The notes under the pieces: generated by a model | What the model was told of the DNA's origin: nothing | The model's input: the letters and a program-made list of their open reading frames with translations, nothing else | Database searches by the model: none | Made by a program: the position numbers and the translations under genes | Source: an uncultured Alphaproteobacteria bacterium | GTDB lineage: Bacteria > Pseudomonadota > Alphaproteobacteria > Rhizobiales > Xanthobacteraceae | Length of the DNA: 64,000 nt | Assembly (NCBI GenBank): GCA_963790595.1 | Contig: CAWBPE010000002.1 | Coordinates: 46,857-110,856, forward strand | Reading direction: 5' to 3' | Shown here: in pieces, positions 1-8,617 of the stretch | Layout of the letters: every line of letters starts with the position of its first letter | How positions within the stretch are numbered: the first letter of the stretch is position 1

Positions 1-404
1 GCGGTGGTGATCTTGGCCGACGCCGAGGCGACGCGCAGGTCGCAGGCCAGCGCGATCGACAGCCCGGCGCCAGCCGCCGCGCCGTCAATCTGCGCCACCA
101 CCGGCTTTTGCATCTGATGCAGCACACGCGACACTTCCATGCCGCGCCGCAGATTGGTCATCTTGGCTTCGAACGGCAGCGGCGCCCGTCCCTCCGCCAT
201 CGACTTGACGTCACCGCCGACACAGAACGTGCCGCCCGCGCCCTTGAGCAGCACCGCGCGCACCTCGTGATCCTCCGCCGCCCGCCGCGCCGCCGCCACC
301 AGCCCCAGCGTCATCTCAGGATTAAGCGCATTGCGCCGGTCGGGACGGTTCATGGTGATCGTGAGCAGGCCGGAGTCGAGGTTTTGCAGGACGATGTCGT
401 TCAT
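1..404 (-). CDS. enoyl-CoA hydratase/isomerase (crotonase) family protein; C-terminal part lies outside the window
   Basis: Absent from the ORF track because it runs off the left edge. Reverse-strand translation from the ATG (complement of 402-404) gives MNDIVLQNLDSGLLTITMNRPDRRNALNPEMTLGLVAAARRAAEDHEVRAVLLKGAGGTFCVGGDVKS..., a typical crotonase-fold N-terminus. Confidence 0.8.
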   Translation of the reverse strand, partial: MNDIVLQNLDSGLLTITMNRPDRRNALNPEMTLGLVAAARRAAEDHEVRAVLLKGAGGTFCVGGDVKSMAEGRAPLPFEAKMTNLRRGMEVSRVLHQMQKPVVAQIDGAAAGAGLSIALACDLRVASASAKITT

Positions 405-433
405 GGGAGGCTTTCGTGTTGTTGGTTTTATTT

Positions 434-555
434 GTCGTCGTCCCTGCGAACGCAGGGACCCATAATCCCGGGCGTCAATTGTTGCCGAGCCTTCTCATTC
501 CTCCCGGAACGATGGGCCGCGGCGTATGGGTCCCCGCGTTCGCGGGGACGACGAG
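434..555. repeat. Family A MITE-like palindromic element, short variant
   Basis: GTCGTCGTCCCTGCGAACGCAGGGACCCATAAT at 434-466 and its inverted partner TATGGGTCCCCGCGTTCGCGGGGACGACGAG at 525-555. The same termini recur at 6203-6354, 53284-53433 and 60050-60200. Confidence 0.85.
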
Positions 556-578
556 GAAAGGCCGGGTCGCCAAGCAAG

Positions 579-1784
579 TCACTTCTTCACCAGCGGGCAG
601 CGCGACAATTCCAGCGACTGGAACGCCTCGTTGCCGGGGATGGTCGCGAGCAGCTTGTAATCATCCCAGCGCGCTTTCGACTCCGAGGGCTTCTTGACCT
701 CGAACAGATACATATCGTGCACCATGCGGCCGTCCTCGCGGATCCGGCCGTTCTTCGCAAAGACGTCGTTGATCGGGGTTTCCTTCATGATCTTCATGAC
801 GGCTGCCGGATCGGTGGTGCCGGCGGCCTTGACCGCCTTCAGGTAATGCATGACCGACGAATAGACGCCGACCTGCGCCGAACCCGGCGGCCGCTTGATG
901 CGTTCCGCGAAGCGTTTGGCAAACGCGCGGGTCTCGTCGTTGAGGTCCCAGTACCAGGCTTCCGTCAGCAGCAGGCCCTGCGCGGTCTCGAGACCGACGC
1001 TGTCGATATCGGTCACGAAAGCCAGCAGCGGCGAAATCTTCTGGCCGGCCTTCATCACGCCGAATTCGGCCGCCTGCTTGATGGTGTTGATGGTGTCGCC
1101 GCCGGCATTGGCGAGCCCGATCACCTTGGCCTTGGAGGCCTGCGCCTGCAGCAGATAGGACGAGAAATCCGAGCTGTTGAGCGGATGCCGCACACTGCCC
1201 AGCACCTTGCCGCCGGATTTGAGGACCACAGCGGTGGTGTCCTTTTCCAGGTCCTGTCCGAAAGCGTAGTCGGCCGTGATAAAGAACCAGGTATCAAGGC
1301 CCTTTTTGACCGCCGCGAGCCCCGTCACATTGGCCTGCGCGAATGTGTCGAACACATAATGCACGGTATAGGGACCGCAGGCCTCGTTGCTGAGCCGGAT
1401 CGATCCCGGCCCGGAGAACATGATGATCTTGTTGCGCGCCTTGGCGATCTCGCCGGCCGCCAGCGCGGTTGCCGACGCCGCGACGTCATAGATCATCTCG
1501 ACGCCCTGATTGTCGATCATGTCGCGGGCGATGTTGGCTGCGAGATCGGCCTTGTTGAGGTGATCGGCGGCAAGGATCTCGATCTTGCGGCCCAGCACCT
1601 CGCCGCCGAAATCTTCCGCCGCCATTTTGGCCGCCATCTCGGCGCCGGGGCCGGTGATGTCGGCATAGAGCCCGGACATGTCGAGGATGCCGCCGAGCTT
1701 GAGCGGAGGCTTGCTCTGGGCCATCGCCGCGGTAGCAGTCAGCGCGAGCACCGTAGCGAGAACGCCGGTTAGAGCGCGTTTCAT
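579..1784 (-). CDS. ABC transporter periplasmic substrate-binding protein (branched-chain amino acid / LivK-like family)
   Basis: 401-aa ORF with signal peptide MKRALTGVLATVLALTATAAMA. The sequence pattern (KLGGILDMSGLYADITGPG...) is typical of the type I periplasmic binding fold. GGGAGG lies upstream of the ATG. Confidence 0.85.
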   Translation of the reverse strand: MKRALTGVLATVLALTATAAMAQSKPPLKLGGILDMSGLYADITGPGAEMAAKMAAEDFGGEVLGRKIEILAADHLNKADLAANIARDMIDNQGVEMIYDVAASATALAAGEIAKARNKIIMFSGPGSIRLSNEACGPYTVHYVFDTFAQANVTGLAAVKKGLDTWFFITADYAFGQDLEKDTTAVVLKSGGKVLGSVRHPLNSSDFSSYLLQAQASKAKVIGLANAGGDTINTIKQAAEFGVMKAGQKISPLLAFVTDIDSVGLETAQGLLLTEAWYWDLNDETRAFAKRFAERIKRPPGSAQVGVYSSVMHYLKAVKAAGTTDPAAVMKIMKETPINDVFAKNGRIREDGRMVHDMYLFEVKKPSESKARWDDYKLLATIPGNEAFQSLELSRCPLVKK

Positions 1785-1963
1785 AAATAGCCTCCCTGTC
1801 GATAGGCCGCATTGCCGCGCGGCCGCACTTTTCTGTTGCCGCGATCATGCCGCAAGCGTCCGGCAGCGGCAAGCCGCCGGCCGGCCGTATCAAGCCGCGC
1901 CGAGTTGCATCAAGCCATCGTTTTTCCACTCAACGGAATGGACGGGCTGTGTAAACATGCCGC

Positions 1964-2794
1964 ATGCGCAGGACGATCACGACTGAAGTTCAACAGGTGC
2001 GCCGGGCGGCGACCGTGTGCTGCGCGAGTTTTCTCGCGAGCGTCATGTTGGCTATCGCCGGCCCCGCCCACGCCGCCGGATGCGCATTCGCCGCGCAAGG
2101 GGATGGCCATGTCGCGGCCATCCTCGATGTGCGCACCTTCCGCCTGCAGGATGGCCGCGAGATCCGTCTGGCCGGCATCGAACCTGTAACGTCGCAGAAG
2201 ACTGCCGCGAACCGCAGCGCGGCTTTGTCGGCGATCCTGGCCGGACACGACGTGATCGTGCGCGCCGATGACGACACGCCCGATCGCTATGGCCGCGAGG
2301 CTGCGTTCGTGTTTTTGACTTCTTCCGAAATCCCGCCTGCCGAAAAATTGGTGCAGACGGAGATCCTGATGCAGGGCGAAGCGCTGGTCTCGGCCAGCGT
2401 GACCGACAAGGAATGTGCAGGGCTCCTGATGGCAGCCGAGGCGGCGGCGCGGGAGGCCAAACGCGGCATTTGGGCCGATCCCGCCGTCATAAAAAACACC
2501 GAAAGTCCGGGCGATATTTTGGCCGGGATCGGGCAGTTTACGCTGGTCGAGGGCAAGGTTTTGTCGGTCCGGCAGGCTGGGGCAACGACTTATCTGAATT
2601 TCGGGCGAAACTGGACACGGGACTTTGCTGTGACTATTTCAAGGCGCATGCTACCTCTGTTCGAGGCGGCCGGCATCGCGCCTAAGTCCCTCGAGAATCG
2701 ACGGATTCGCGTCCGCGGGTGGATCGAGGCGCGGGGCGGGCCGCGAATTGAAGTGCTCCGGGTGGGGCAGATTGAAGTGCTTGGCGGGAATTAG
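1964..2794 (+). CDS. thermonuclease (SNase-like) family protein, secreted
   Basis: 276-aa ORF with a hydrophobic N-terminal leader (ASVMLAIAGPAHAAG). Staphylococcal-nuclease-like segments are present (GREIRLAGIEPV, PDRYGR, EAKRGIWA). The exact start is uncertain. Confidence 0.65.
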   Translation: MRRTITTEVQQVRRAATVCCASFLASVMLAIAGPAHAAGCAFAAQGDGHVAAILDVRTFRLQDGREIRLAGIEPVTSQKTAANRSAALSAILAGHDVIVRADDDTPDRYGREAAFVFLTSSEIPPAEKLVQTEILMQGEALVSASVTDKECAGLLMAAEAAAREAKRGIWADPAVIKNTESPGDILAGIGQFTLVEGKVLSVRQAGATTYLNFGRNWTRDFAVTISRRMLPLFEAAGIAPKSLENRRIRVRGWIEARGGPRIEVLRVGQIEVLGGN

Positions 2795-2842
2795 CGCATA
2801 ATCCGGAAAAGTGGGGACCGTTTTTCCGAAGAGATCATGCGC
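2793..2842. repeat. Family H short palindromic repeat
   Basis: AGCGCATAATCCGGAAAAGTGGGGACCGTTTTTCCGAAGAGATCATGCGC. An inverted-orientation copy lies at 29176-29223 (GAGCATGACCTTTTCGGAAAACCGGTTCCCACTTTTCCGGATCATGCT). Confidence 0.75.
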
Positions 2843-2904
2843 AAACAAAGCGATGAGACTTGCGGGACGCTGACGTGGCTGGTGGTGGACGGCGCGAAAC
2901 AGGG

Positions 2905-4374
2905 ATGAGCCGCGGCCTTTGGGCTGCGCCGGCCTTGCTGTGCGCCGGGTTCACGCTGGCCGCCTGCGGCGACATCAGCCGATTCCAGACCGGAGCGCCC
3001 TCTTCTCCGACGGTCTCAAATCCCCCGGCCAAGCCCAACCGCACTGTCGCCCAAAGTCCGGCGGCCGAGCGCGAGCATGAGCGAATCCTGTCGTCTTATG
3101 GTGGGTCCTATGACGATCCCAAGCTGGAAGCCCTGATCGGCAGAACGGTCGATCGGCTGGTGGCGGCGTCGGATCGTCCCGATCAGGCCTATAAAGTGAC
3201 GATCCTCAATTCGGGCGCGGTGAATGCGTTCGCGCTGCCGACTGGCCAGCTCTACGTCACCCGCGGCCTGATCGCGCTGGCGTGCGACACCTCGGAATTG
3301 TCGTCGGTGCTGAGCCATGAGATGGCGCATGTGCTGGCCAAGCACGCTTCGATCCGGGAAGACCAGGCGCGCCAGGCCGCGGTGGTCACGCGGGTGGTCA
3401 CCGAGATGGGCAGCGATCCCGATCTGACTGCGCTGGCGCTGGCGAAAACCAAACTGACGATGGCAAGCTTTTCGCGCGCCCAGGAATTCGAAGCGGACGG
3501 TATCGGCGTCGGCATTTCGGCGCGCGCGCATTTCGATCCCTATGGCGCGTCGCGTTTTCTCACTGCGATGGAACGCAACGCCGAATTGAAAGCGGGCAAG
3601 ACCTCGGTTGATCCGCGCGCGCAGGACTTCCTGTCGTCGCATCCGGCGACGCCCGAGCGCGTCGAGAACGCGCAGAACAGCGCCCGGCAATATACTTCGC
3701 CGGAGGGCGGCGAGCGCGACCGCGAGACTTATCTGGCCGCGATCGACAACATCGTCTATGGCGAAGATCCGAGCGAAGGTTTTGTGCGCGGCCGCCGCTT
3801 CCTGCATCCCAAGCTCGGCTTCACCTTCGCCGCGCCCGACAATTTCACGCTGGATAATACCGCGCAGGCCGTGATCGGCGTGCGCGAAGGCGGCACCCAG
3901 GCGATGCGCTTCGATGTCGTGCGCGTGCCGGCGGAGCAGTCGCTCGGCGACTATCTCAATTCGGGCTGGATGGAAAATGTCGACAAGGGCTCGACCGAGG
4001 ACCTGACCATCGGCGGCTTCCCCGCCGCCGCCGCGACCGCCCATGGCGATCAATGGCAGTTCAAGGTCTATGCGCTCCGGTTCGGCAGCGACGTCTATCG
4101 CTTCATTTTCGCCGCCAAGCAGAAGACCACTGAAAGTGACCGCAACGCCCGCGAAACCGTCAATTCCTTCCGCCGCCTGACGCTGGAAGAAATCCAGGCC
4201 GCGCGGCCGCTGCGCATCAAGGTGATCAACGTACAGCCCGGCGACACCGTGGACTCGCTGTCGCACCGCATGGCCGGCCTCGACCGCCCGGTCGAACGCT
4301 TCCGCATCCTCAACGGCCTCGACGCCCGCGCCCAGGTCAAGGCGCGCGACCGCGTGAAGATCGTGGTGGATTGA
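2905..4374 (+). CDS. M48 family zinc metalloprotease lipoprotein with C-terminal LysM domain
   Basis: HEMAHV zinc motif. The signal has lipobox FTLAAC after the ATG at 2905; the ORF-track start at 2860 is a TTG. The C-terminal sequence VINVQPGDTVDSLSHRMAGLDRPVERFRILNGLD...VKARDRVKIVV looks like LysM. Confidence 0.8.
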   Translation: MSRGLWAAPALLCAGFTLAACGDISRFQTGAPSSPTVSNPPAKPNRTVAQSPAAEREHERILSSYGGSYDDPKLEALIGRTVDRLVAASDRPDQAYKVTILNSGAVNAFALPTGQLYVTRGLIALACDTSELSSVLSHEMAHVLAKHASIREDQARQAAVVTRVVTEMGSDPDLTALALAKTKLTMASFSRAQEFEADGIGVGISARAHFDPYGASRFLTAMERNAELKAGKTSVDPRAQDFLSSHPATPERVENAQNSARQYTSPEGGERDRETYLAAIDNIVYGEDPSEGFVRGRRFLHPKLGFTFAAPDNFTLDNTAQAVIGVREGGTQAMRFDVVRVPAEQSLGDYLNSGWMENVDKGSTEDLTIGGFPAAAATAHGDQWQFKVYALRFGSDVYRFIFAAKQKTTESDRNARETVNSFRRLTLEEIQAARPLRIKVINVQPGDTVDSLSHRMAGLDRPVERFRILNGLDARAQVKARDRVKIVVD

Positions 4375-4406
4375 TCGCGGGTCGGCAGCGCTGCGAAAGC
4401 ATAAAT

Positions 4407-4503
4407 GTAGGGTGGGCAAAGCGAAGCGTGCCCACCACCATCAAGCCGAGCATCGACGTTTAGAATGGTGGGCACGGCGCAAGAGCGCCTTTGCCCACCC
4501 TAC
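4407..4503. repeat. Family E palindromic repeat
   Basis: GTAGGGTGGGCAAAGCGAAGCGTGCCCACC ... GGTGGGCACGGCGCAAGAGCGCCTTTGCCCACCCTAC. A second full copy lies at 52192-52279 and a half copy at about 20874-20908. Confidence 0.85.
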
Positions 4504-4672
4504 GAATATCCCAGCCTTCGCTGGCACGACTCGCCAAAAAATGTAGCAATCTGGAACCCTTCCATCCCCCTCCCCCGCCCCGCAAAATGAGAGAATTCTT
4601 AACGACTTATGTCCTAGCCTCGGAAACACCCCCGATACGGTCATTTCGCCAAGGTATTTCGCGAAGGCTTTC

Positions 4673-6145
4673 ATGTCCGCTTTGTCCACCGATCCCGACG
4701 ACAATGCCGAAATGTTCGACCTCGCGCCGGTGTCGCTCTGGATCGAGGATTACAGCGCGGTTCGCCAACTGTTCGAGCAGTGGCGCGCGGACGGCGTCGA
4801 CGATATCGAGGCGTTCCTCCTCGCCGACCCGAAGCGCGTCCGGCAGTGCTCCGAGCGCATGCGCATCCTCAAGGTCAACCGTAAGACCCTGTCGCTGTTC
4901 GGCGCCCGCGATCTCGATCACTTGATGGAAAATCTTGGCCAGGTGATGCGCGACGACACCTTCAAGAGCCTGGTCGAGGAGATGGTCCAGCTCTGGAACG
5001 GCAAGAGCGGCTTTTCCGCCAACACCGTGAATTACACGCTGGGCGGCCGGCGTCTCGACATCCAGCTCTCCGGCACGATCCTGCCCGGTCACGAAGCGAA
5101 CTGGGACCGCGTCATGATCGCGATCGAGGACGTGACCGAGCGGGAAAATGCCCGGCGCCGCCTGACGGATAGCGAGAATTACGCATTCGGCCTGTTTGCC
5201 TATTCACCGGTCTCGCTGTGGGTGGAAGATTTCAGCAGCGTGAAACGGCTGATGGACGACGTCCGCGCCCGTGGCGTCGAGGATTTTCGCGTCTTCACTG
5301 ACGTGCACCAGGAATTCGTGCCGCGCTGCATCAGTGAAATCCGCGTGCTCGACGTCAACGACCGGACGCTCGAACTGTTTAACGCGCCCGACAAGGCGAC
5401 CTTGTTGCGCAGCCTGCCTATCGTGTTCCGGGACGAAACCGGACCGGACTTTCGCGAGCAGCTGATCGATCTGTGGGACGGCAAGCTGTTCCAGCAGCGC
5501 GAGGTGGTGAATTATACGCTGGATGGTACGAAGCTGCATCTGCTGCTGCAATTCTCGGTGTTGCCCGGTCACGAAGGCGACTGGGCACAGGTGCTGGTCG
5601 GGCTGACCGACATCTCCGCGCGCAAGAAGGCGGAAGCCTATCTCGAATATCTCGGCACCCATGATGTGCTGACGCGCACCTTGAATCGCTCGTTCTTTGT
5701 CGACGAACTCAATCGATTGGACCGCAAGGGCCCGCATCCCGTCACCATCATCATCGCGGACCTCAACGGGCTGAAAACCGCGAACGACGAACTCGGCCAT
5801 GGCGTCGGCGATGCGCTGCTGCGCCGGGCCGGCGAAGTGTTCGGCTCGCTGGTGTCGAAGCCGGCTTCAGTGGCGCGGATCGGCGGCGACGAATTCGCGG
5901 TCTTGTTGCCCGGCACCGACGCCGCCGGCGGTGAAGCGGTTTTGGCTTCGCTCGCGGAACTGATCGTACTCAACAACCAGTATTATCCCGATTTCGAGCT
6001 CAGCATCTCCACCGGCATCGCCACCAGCCGTCCCGGCGACCGGCTGGAACAGGTGGTCAAACGCGCCGACATGAAGATGCTGCACGCCAAGCGGCTGTAT
6101 TATCTGGAAGCCGATCGCGACCGGCGGATCACTGGGGCGGCGTGA
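4673..6145 (+). CDS. diguanylate cyclase with two PAS-like N-terminal domains (GGDEF)
   Basis: 490-aa ORF. Two homologous about 120-aa PAS-like segments are present (SLWIEDYSAV... and SLWVEDFSSV...). The C-terminal GGDEF domain has an intact RIGGDEF and DLNGLKTANDELGHGVGD. Confidence 0.85.
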   Translation: MSALSTDPDDNAEMFDLAPVSLWIEDYSAVRQLFEQWRADGVDDIEAFLLADPKRVRQCSERMRILKVNRKTLSLFGARDLDHLMENLGQVMRDDTFKSLVEEMVQLWNGKSGFSANTVNYTLGGRRLDIQLSGTILPGHEANWDRVMIAIEDVTERENARRRLTDSENYAFGLFAYSPVSLWVEDFSSVKRLMDDVRARGVEDFRVFTDVHQEFVPRCISEIRVLDVNDRTLELFNAPDKATLLRSLPIVFRDETGPDFREQLIDLWDGKLFQQREVVNYTLDGTKLHLLLQFSVLPGHEGDWAQVLVGLTDISARKKAEAYLEYLGTHDVLTRTLNRSFFVDELNRLDRKGPHPVTIIIADLNGLKTANDELGHGVGDALLRRAGEVFGSLVSKPASVARIGGDEFAVLLPGTDAAGGEAVLASLAELIVLNNQYYPDFELSISTGIATSRPGDRLEQVVKRADMKMLHAKRLYYLEADRDRRITGAA

Positions 6146-6202
6146 AGCGGTTACGGCGGCGGCGAAGATTCTGGGCGTTTGATTCCTGCTTCAGCAAAAT
6201 CG

Positions 6203-6354
6203 GTGTCGTCCCTGCGAACGCAGGGACCCCCTAGCGTGAGCGCAATTGCGCTTATCGCGGCGCCATGGCCTATCGGTTTAGACGCTGGAGGTAGAGACCT
6301 TCCTAACCAGGGACACCTGTGGTTATGGGTCCCTGCGTTCGCAGGGACGACATG
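6203..6354. repeat. Family A MITE-like element (about 150 bp), inverted orientation relative to the 53284 and 60050 copies
   Basis: Termini are GTGTCGTCCCTGCGAACGCAGGGACCC (6203-6229) and TTATGGGTCCCTGCGTTCGCAGGGACGACATG (6323-6354). The internal GCGTGAGCGCAATTGCGCTTATCGCGGCGCC is the reverse complement of the internal core of the 60050 copy. Confidence 0.85.
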
Positions 6355-6367
6355 AGAGATCACAACA

Positions 6368-6398
6368 ACAAAAAAGCCCGGCACTGCCGGGCTTTTGA
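6368..6398. terminator. bidirectional rho-independent terminator downstream of the carD-like gene
   Basis: AAAAAAGCCCGGCACTGCCGGGCTTTTGATT forms a GC-rich stem GCCCGG/CCGGGC flanked by an A-run and a T-run, 23 nt beyond the stop of the minus-strand gene. Confidence 0.7.
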
Positions 6399-6420
6399 TT
6401 GTCTGTATCCGCTAACTCGC

Positions 6421-7434
6421 TTACGCGGCTTCGTCCGCGACGGCGGTATCGTCGCCATCGGCATCGGCGTCGCCATCCGCTTCACCGTCAGCCTCGACTT
6501 CGGTCTCGGCCTTGGCGCCGCGGCGCGGGCTCTTGGCGAGCTGGCCTTCGATTTCCTTGACCGCTTCGGTTTCGGTCACATGCTGCACGACGGCGATTTC
6601 ACGCGACAGACGATCGAGCGCGGCTTCATAGAGCTGGCGTTCGCTGTAGGACTGTTCGGGCTGCGATTCCGAGCGATAGAGATCGCGCACCACTTCGGCG
6701 ATCGCGACGATATCTCCGGAATTGATCTTCGCTTCATATTCCTGCGCCCGGCGGGACCACATCGTGCGCTTGACGCGGGCGCGGCCCTTGAGGGTTTCGA
6801 GCGCGCGCTTGACCAGCGCCGGATCGGACAGCTTGCGCATCCCGACATTGGCGACCTTGGCGGTCGGCACCCGCAGCGTCATCTTGTCCTTCATGAAATT
6901 GATCACGAACAGTTCAAGCTTGGCGCCGGCGATTTCCTGCTCTTCGATGGCCAGGATCTGGCCAACGCCATGGGCGGGATACACCACGAATTCGTTGGTC
7001 TTGAAGCCCTGGCGCTGGGTCAGGGCCTTCTTCGGCTCCTCGACGCGCGGCGCCACGGCCACCGGCTTTGCCGCAGCGGGCTTGGCGACGGGGGCAACGA
7101 CAGGCTTGGTGACGACTGCAGCCTTGGGAGCAGCAGCCTTGGGGGCGATTTTGGGAGCAGCGACCTTCGAAGCAGTAGGCTTCGAACCCGTCGCTTTCGC
7201 GGCAGTTTTTGCAGTCTTGTTTGGCATTTCGCTTCTTTTGTTCTTTGAGGATTTTGCAGCCGAGACCTTGGTGGCCTTCCTCGTATCCTTGAGAGAAGTC
7301 CGGGCACGGCTCTTGGTTGCACTACGGCTTACCGCAGCGGCTTTTTTGGAAGCCTTTGATATAGAAGGCTTGGATACCGAAGGCTTGGTAACAGAAGCCT
7401 TGGAAACACTCTTTTTACGCGTTTTCTGTGACAC
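6421..7434 (-). CDS. CarD/CdnL family RNA-polymerase-binding regulator with Lys/Ala/Pro-rich N-terminal extension and acidic C-terminal tail
   Basis: The core FKTNEFVVYPAHGVGQILAIEEQEIAGAKLELFVINFMKDKMTLRVPT...VRDLYR...SYSERQLYEAAL matches the CarD_CdnL_TRCF pattern. About 135 aa of SK/AAPK repeats precede it, and DGEADGDADADGDD follows. The true start could instead be the internal Met (EMPNKT). Confidence 0.85.
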   Translation of the reverse strand: MSQKTRKKSVSKASVTKPSVSKPSISKASKKAAAVSRSATKSRARTSLKDTRKATKVSAAKSSKNKRSEMPNKTAKTAAKATGSKPTASKVAAPKIAPKAAAPKAAVVTKPVVAPVAKPAAAKPVAVAPRVEEPKKALTQRQGFKTNEFVVYPAHGVGQILAIEEQEIAGAKLELFVINFMKDKMTLRVPTAKVANVGMRKLSDPALVKRALETLKGRARVKRTMWSRRAQEYEAKINSGDIVAIAEVVRDLYRSESQPEQSYSERQLYEAALDRLSREIAVVQHVTETEAVKEIEGQLAKSPRRGAKAETEVEADGEADGDADADGDDTAVADEAA

Positions 7435-7534
7435 AGCCTGCGCGCGGAACTGCCACGCCCCTGTTGGATGTTTTCACGGGAACCCATGGGGGCCCAATTA
7501 CGCAGGCTGACGGGTTCGGCTTGTTAATTTGCCG

Positions 7535-7562
7535 AATATAGCACATTTCCCGCAAAAATCAA
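7535..7562 (-). promoter_or_regulatory. candidate sigma70-type promoter of the carD-like gene
   Basis: The minus strand reads TTGATT-N16-TATATT, about 100 nt upstream of the ATG at 7434. This is a pattern match only. Confidence 0.3.
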
Positions 7563-7690
7563 TGGTTTATGCCCCCTCGGAGGCGCTCCGAAGGCGGTTT
7601 CAACGACATCACAGGGATTAGGGTTAAGCCGAACCGTTTCAAAAGGGCACAAACGGCCTCAGCTCAGAACCCAAAAAATACCGTTTGGGA

Positions 7691-8029
7691 TCAATCGCCG
7701 GTACCCGGTGCCGGAGAAAAATATTTCTCGAACTTGCCTTCCATGCCCTCGAACTCCTTGGCGTCGGCCGGGGAGTCCTTCTTCTGGGTGATATTCGGCC
7801 AGCTCTTGGCGTATTCGGTGTTCACCTCGAGCCATTTTTCGAGGCCCGGCTCGGTATCCGGCTTGATCGCGTCCGCGGGACATTCCGGCTCGCAGACGCC
7901 GCAATCGATGCATTCGTCCGGATGGATCACCAGCATGTTGTCGCCTTCGTAGAAGCAGTCTACGGGGCAGACTTCAACGCAATCGGTATATTTGCATTTG
8001 ATGCAGGCTTCGGTGACGACGTAAGTCAT
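7691..8029 (-). CDS. fdxA: 7Fe ferredoxin ([3Fe-4S][4Fe-4S])
   Basis: [29 protein letters not shown]...[12 protein letters not shown] cysteine pattern in 112 aa. Confidence 0.93.
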   Translation of the reverse strand: MTYVVTEACIKCKYTDCVEVCPVDCFYEGDNMLVIHPDECIDCGVCEPECPADAIKPDTEPGLEKWLEVNTEYAKSWPNITQKKDSPADAKEFEGMEGKFEKYFSPAPGTGD

Positions 8030-8162
8030 CCAGGGCTCCGGAACGGGTCAATTCTGAGGTTTGCGTAGCGCAGGAAGTGCGCAGCCGCAAGGGAAGCAAA
8101 GCGCTTCCGGGAAGGCTTGTCATGCCATCCTGCGCTGGCTGCATGGGGTGGGATTGAAATAG

Positions 8163-8471
8163 TTACTCCGGCGGGGGTTTTTGATCCGTCATGTCCGGCT
8201 TTGTGTCCGGTTTGGCCTGCATATCGACATAGAGCACGCGCGCGGCGGTGGCATCGCCCCGACGCTCGGAAAATCCGACCACTTTTAGAATGCGCACGGT
8301 GCGGTCGAGCCCGATGGTCAGGACATCGCCAGGCTTCACGGCATGGCCGGGCGCCTTTTCGCGTTCGCCATTGATGCGGACATGACCGGCCTCGACCAGG
8401 GCGGCCGCACTGGTGCGGGCTTTGACCACCCGCGCATGCCACAACCATTTGTCGAGACGCTGCCGTTCCAA
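8163..8471 (-). CDS. S4-domain RNA-binding protein (Hsp15-like)
   Basis: RLDKWLWHARVVKARTSAAALVEAGHVRINGEREKAPGHAVKPGDVLTI matches the S4 motif. The longest ORF extends to 8573, but that 5-prime part is AT-rich and non-conserved-looking. I favour an in-frame TTG start at 8471 (MERQRLDKW). Confidence 0.75.
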   Translation of the reverse strand: MERQRLDKWLWHARVVKARTSAAALVEAGHVRINGEREKAPGHAVKPGDVLTIGLDRTVRILKVVGFSERRGDATAARVLYVDMQAKPDTKPDMTDQKPPPE

Positions 8472-8617
8472 GCACCAGGACTCTATTTCTGACGCGTTTT
8501 CTACCGCAGATAAGTCTACGCAATCTGCGTAAACTTGACTGCTATGCGAACCGATACCCACGGAGCCTGTCATCGGGCGCGCGTTCGCGCGACCCGTTGG
8601 CTTGAAAACGCTTTGGT

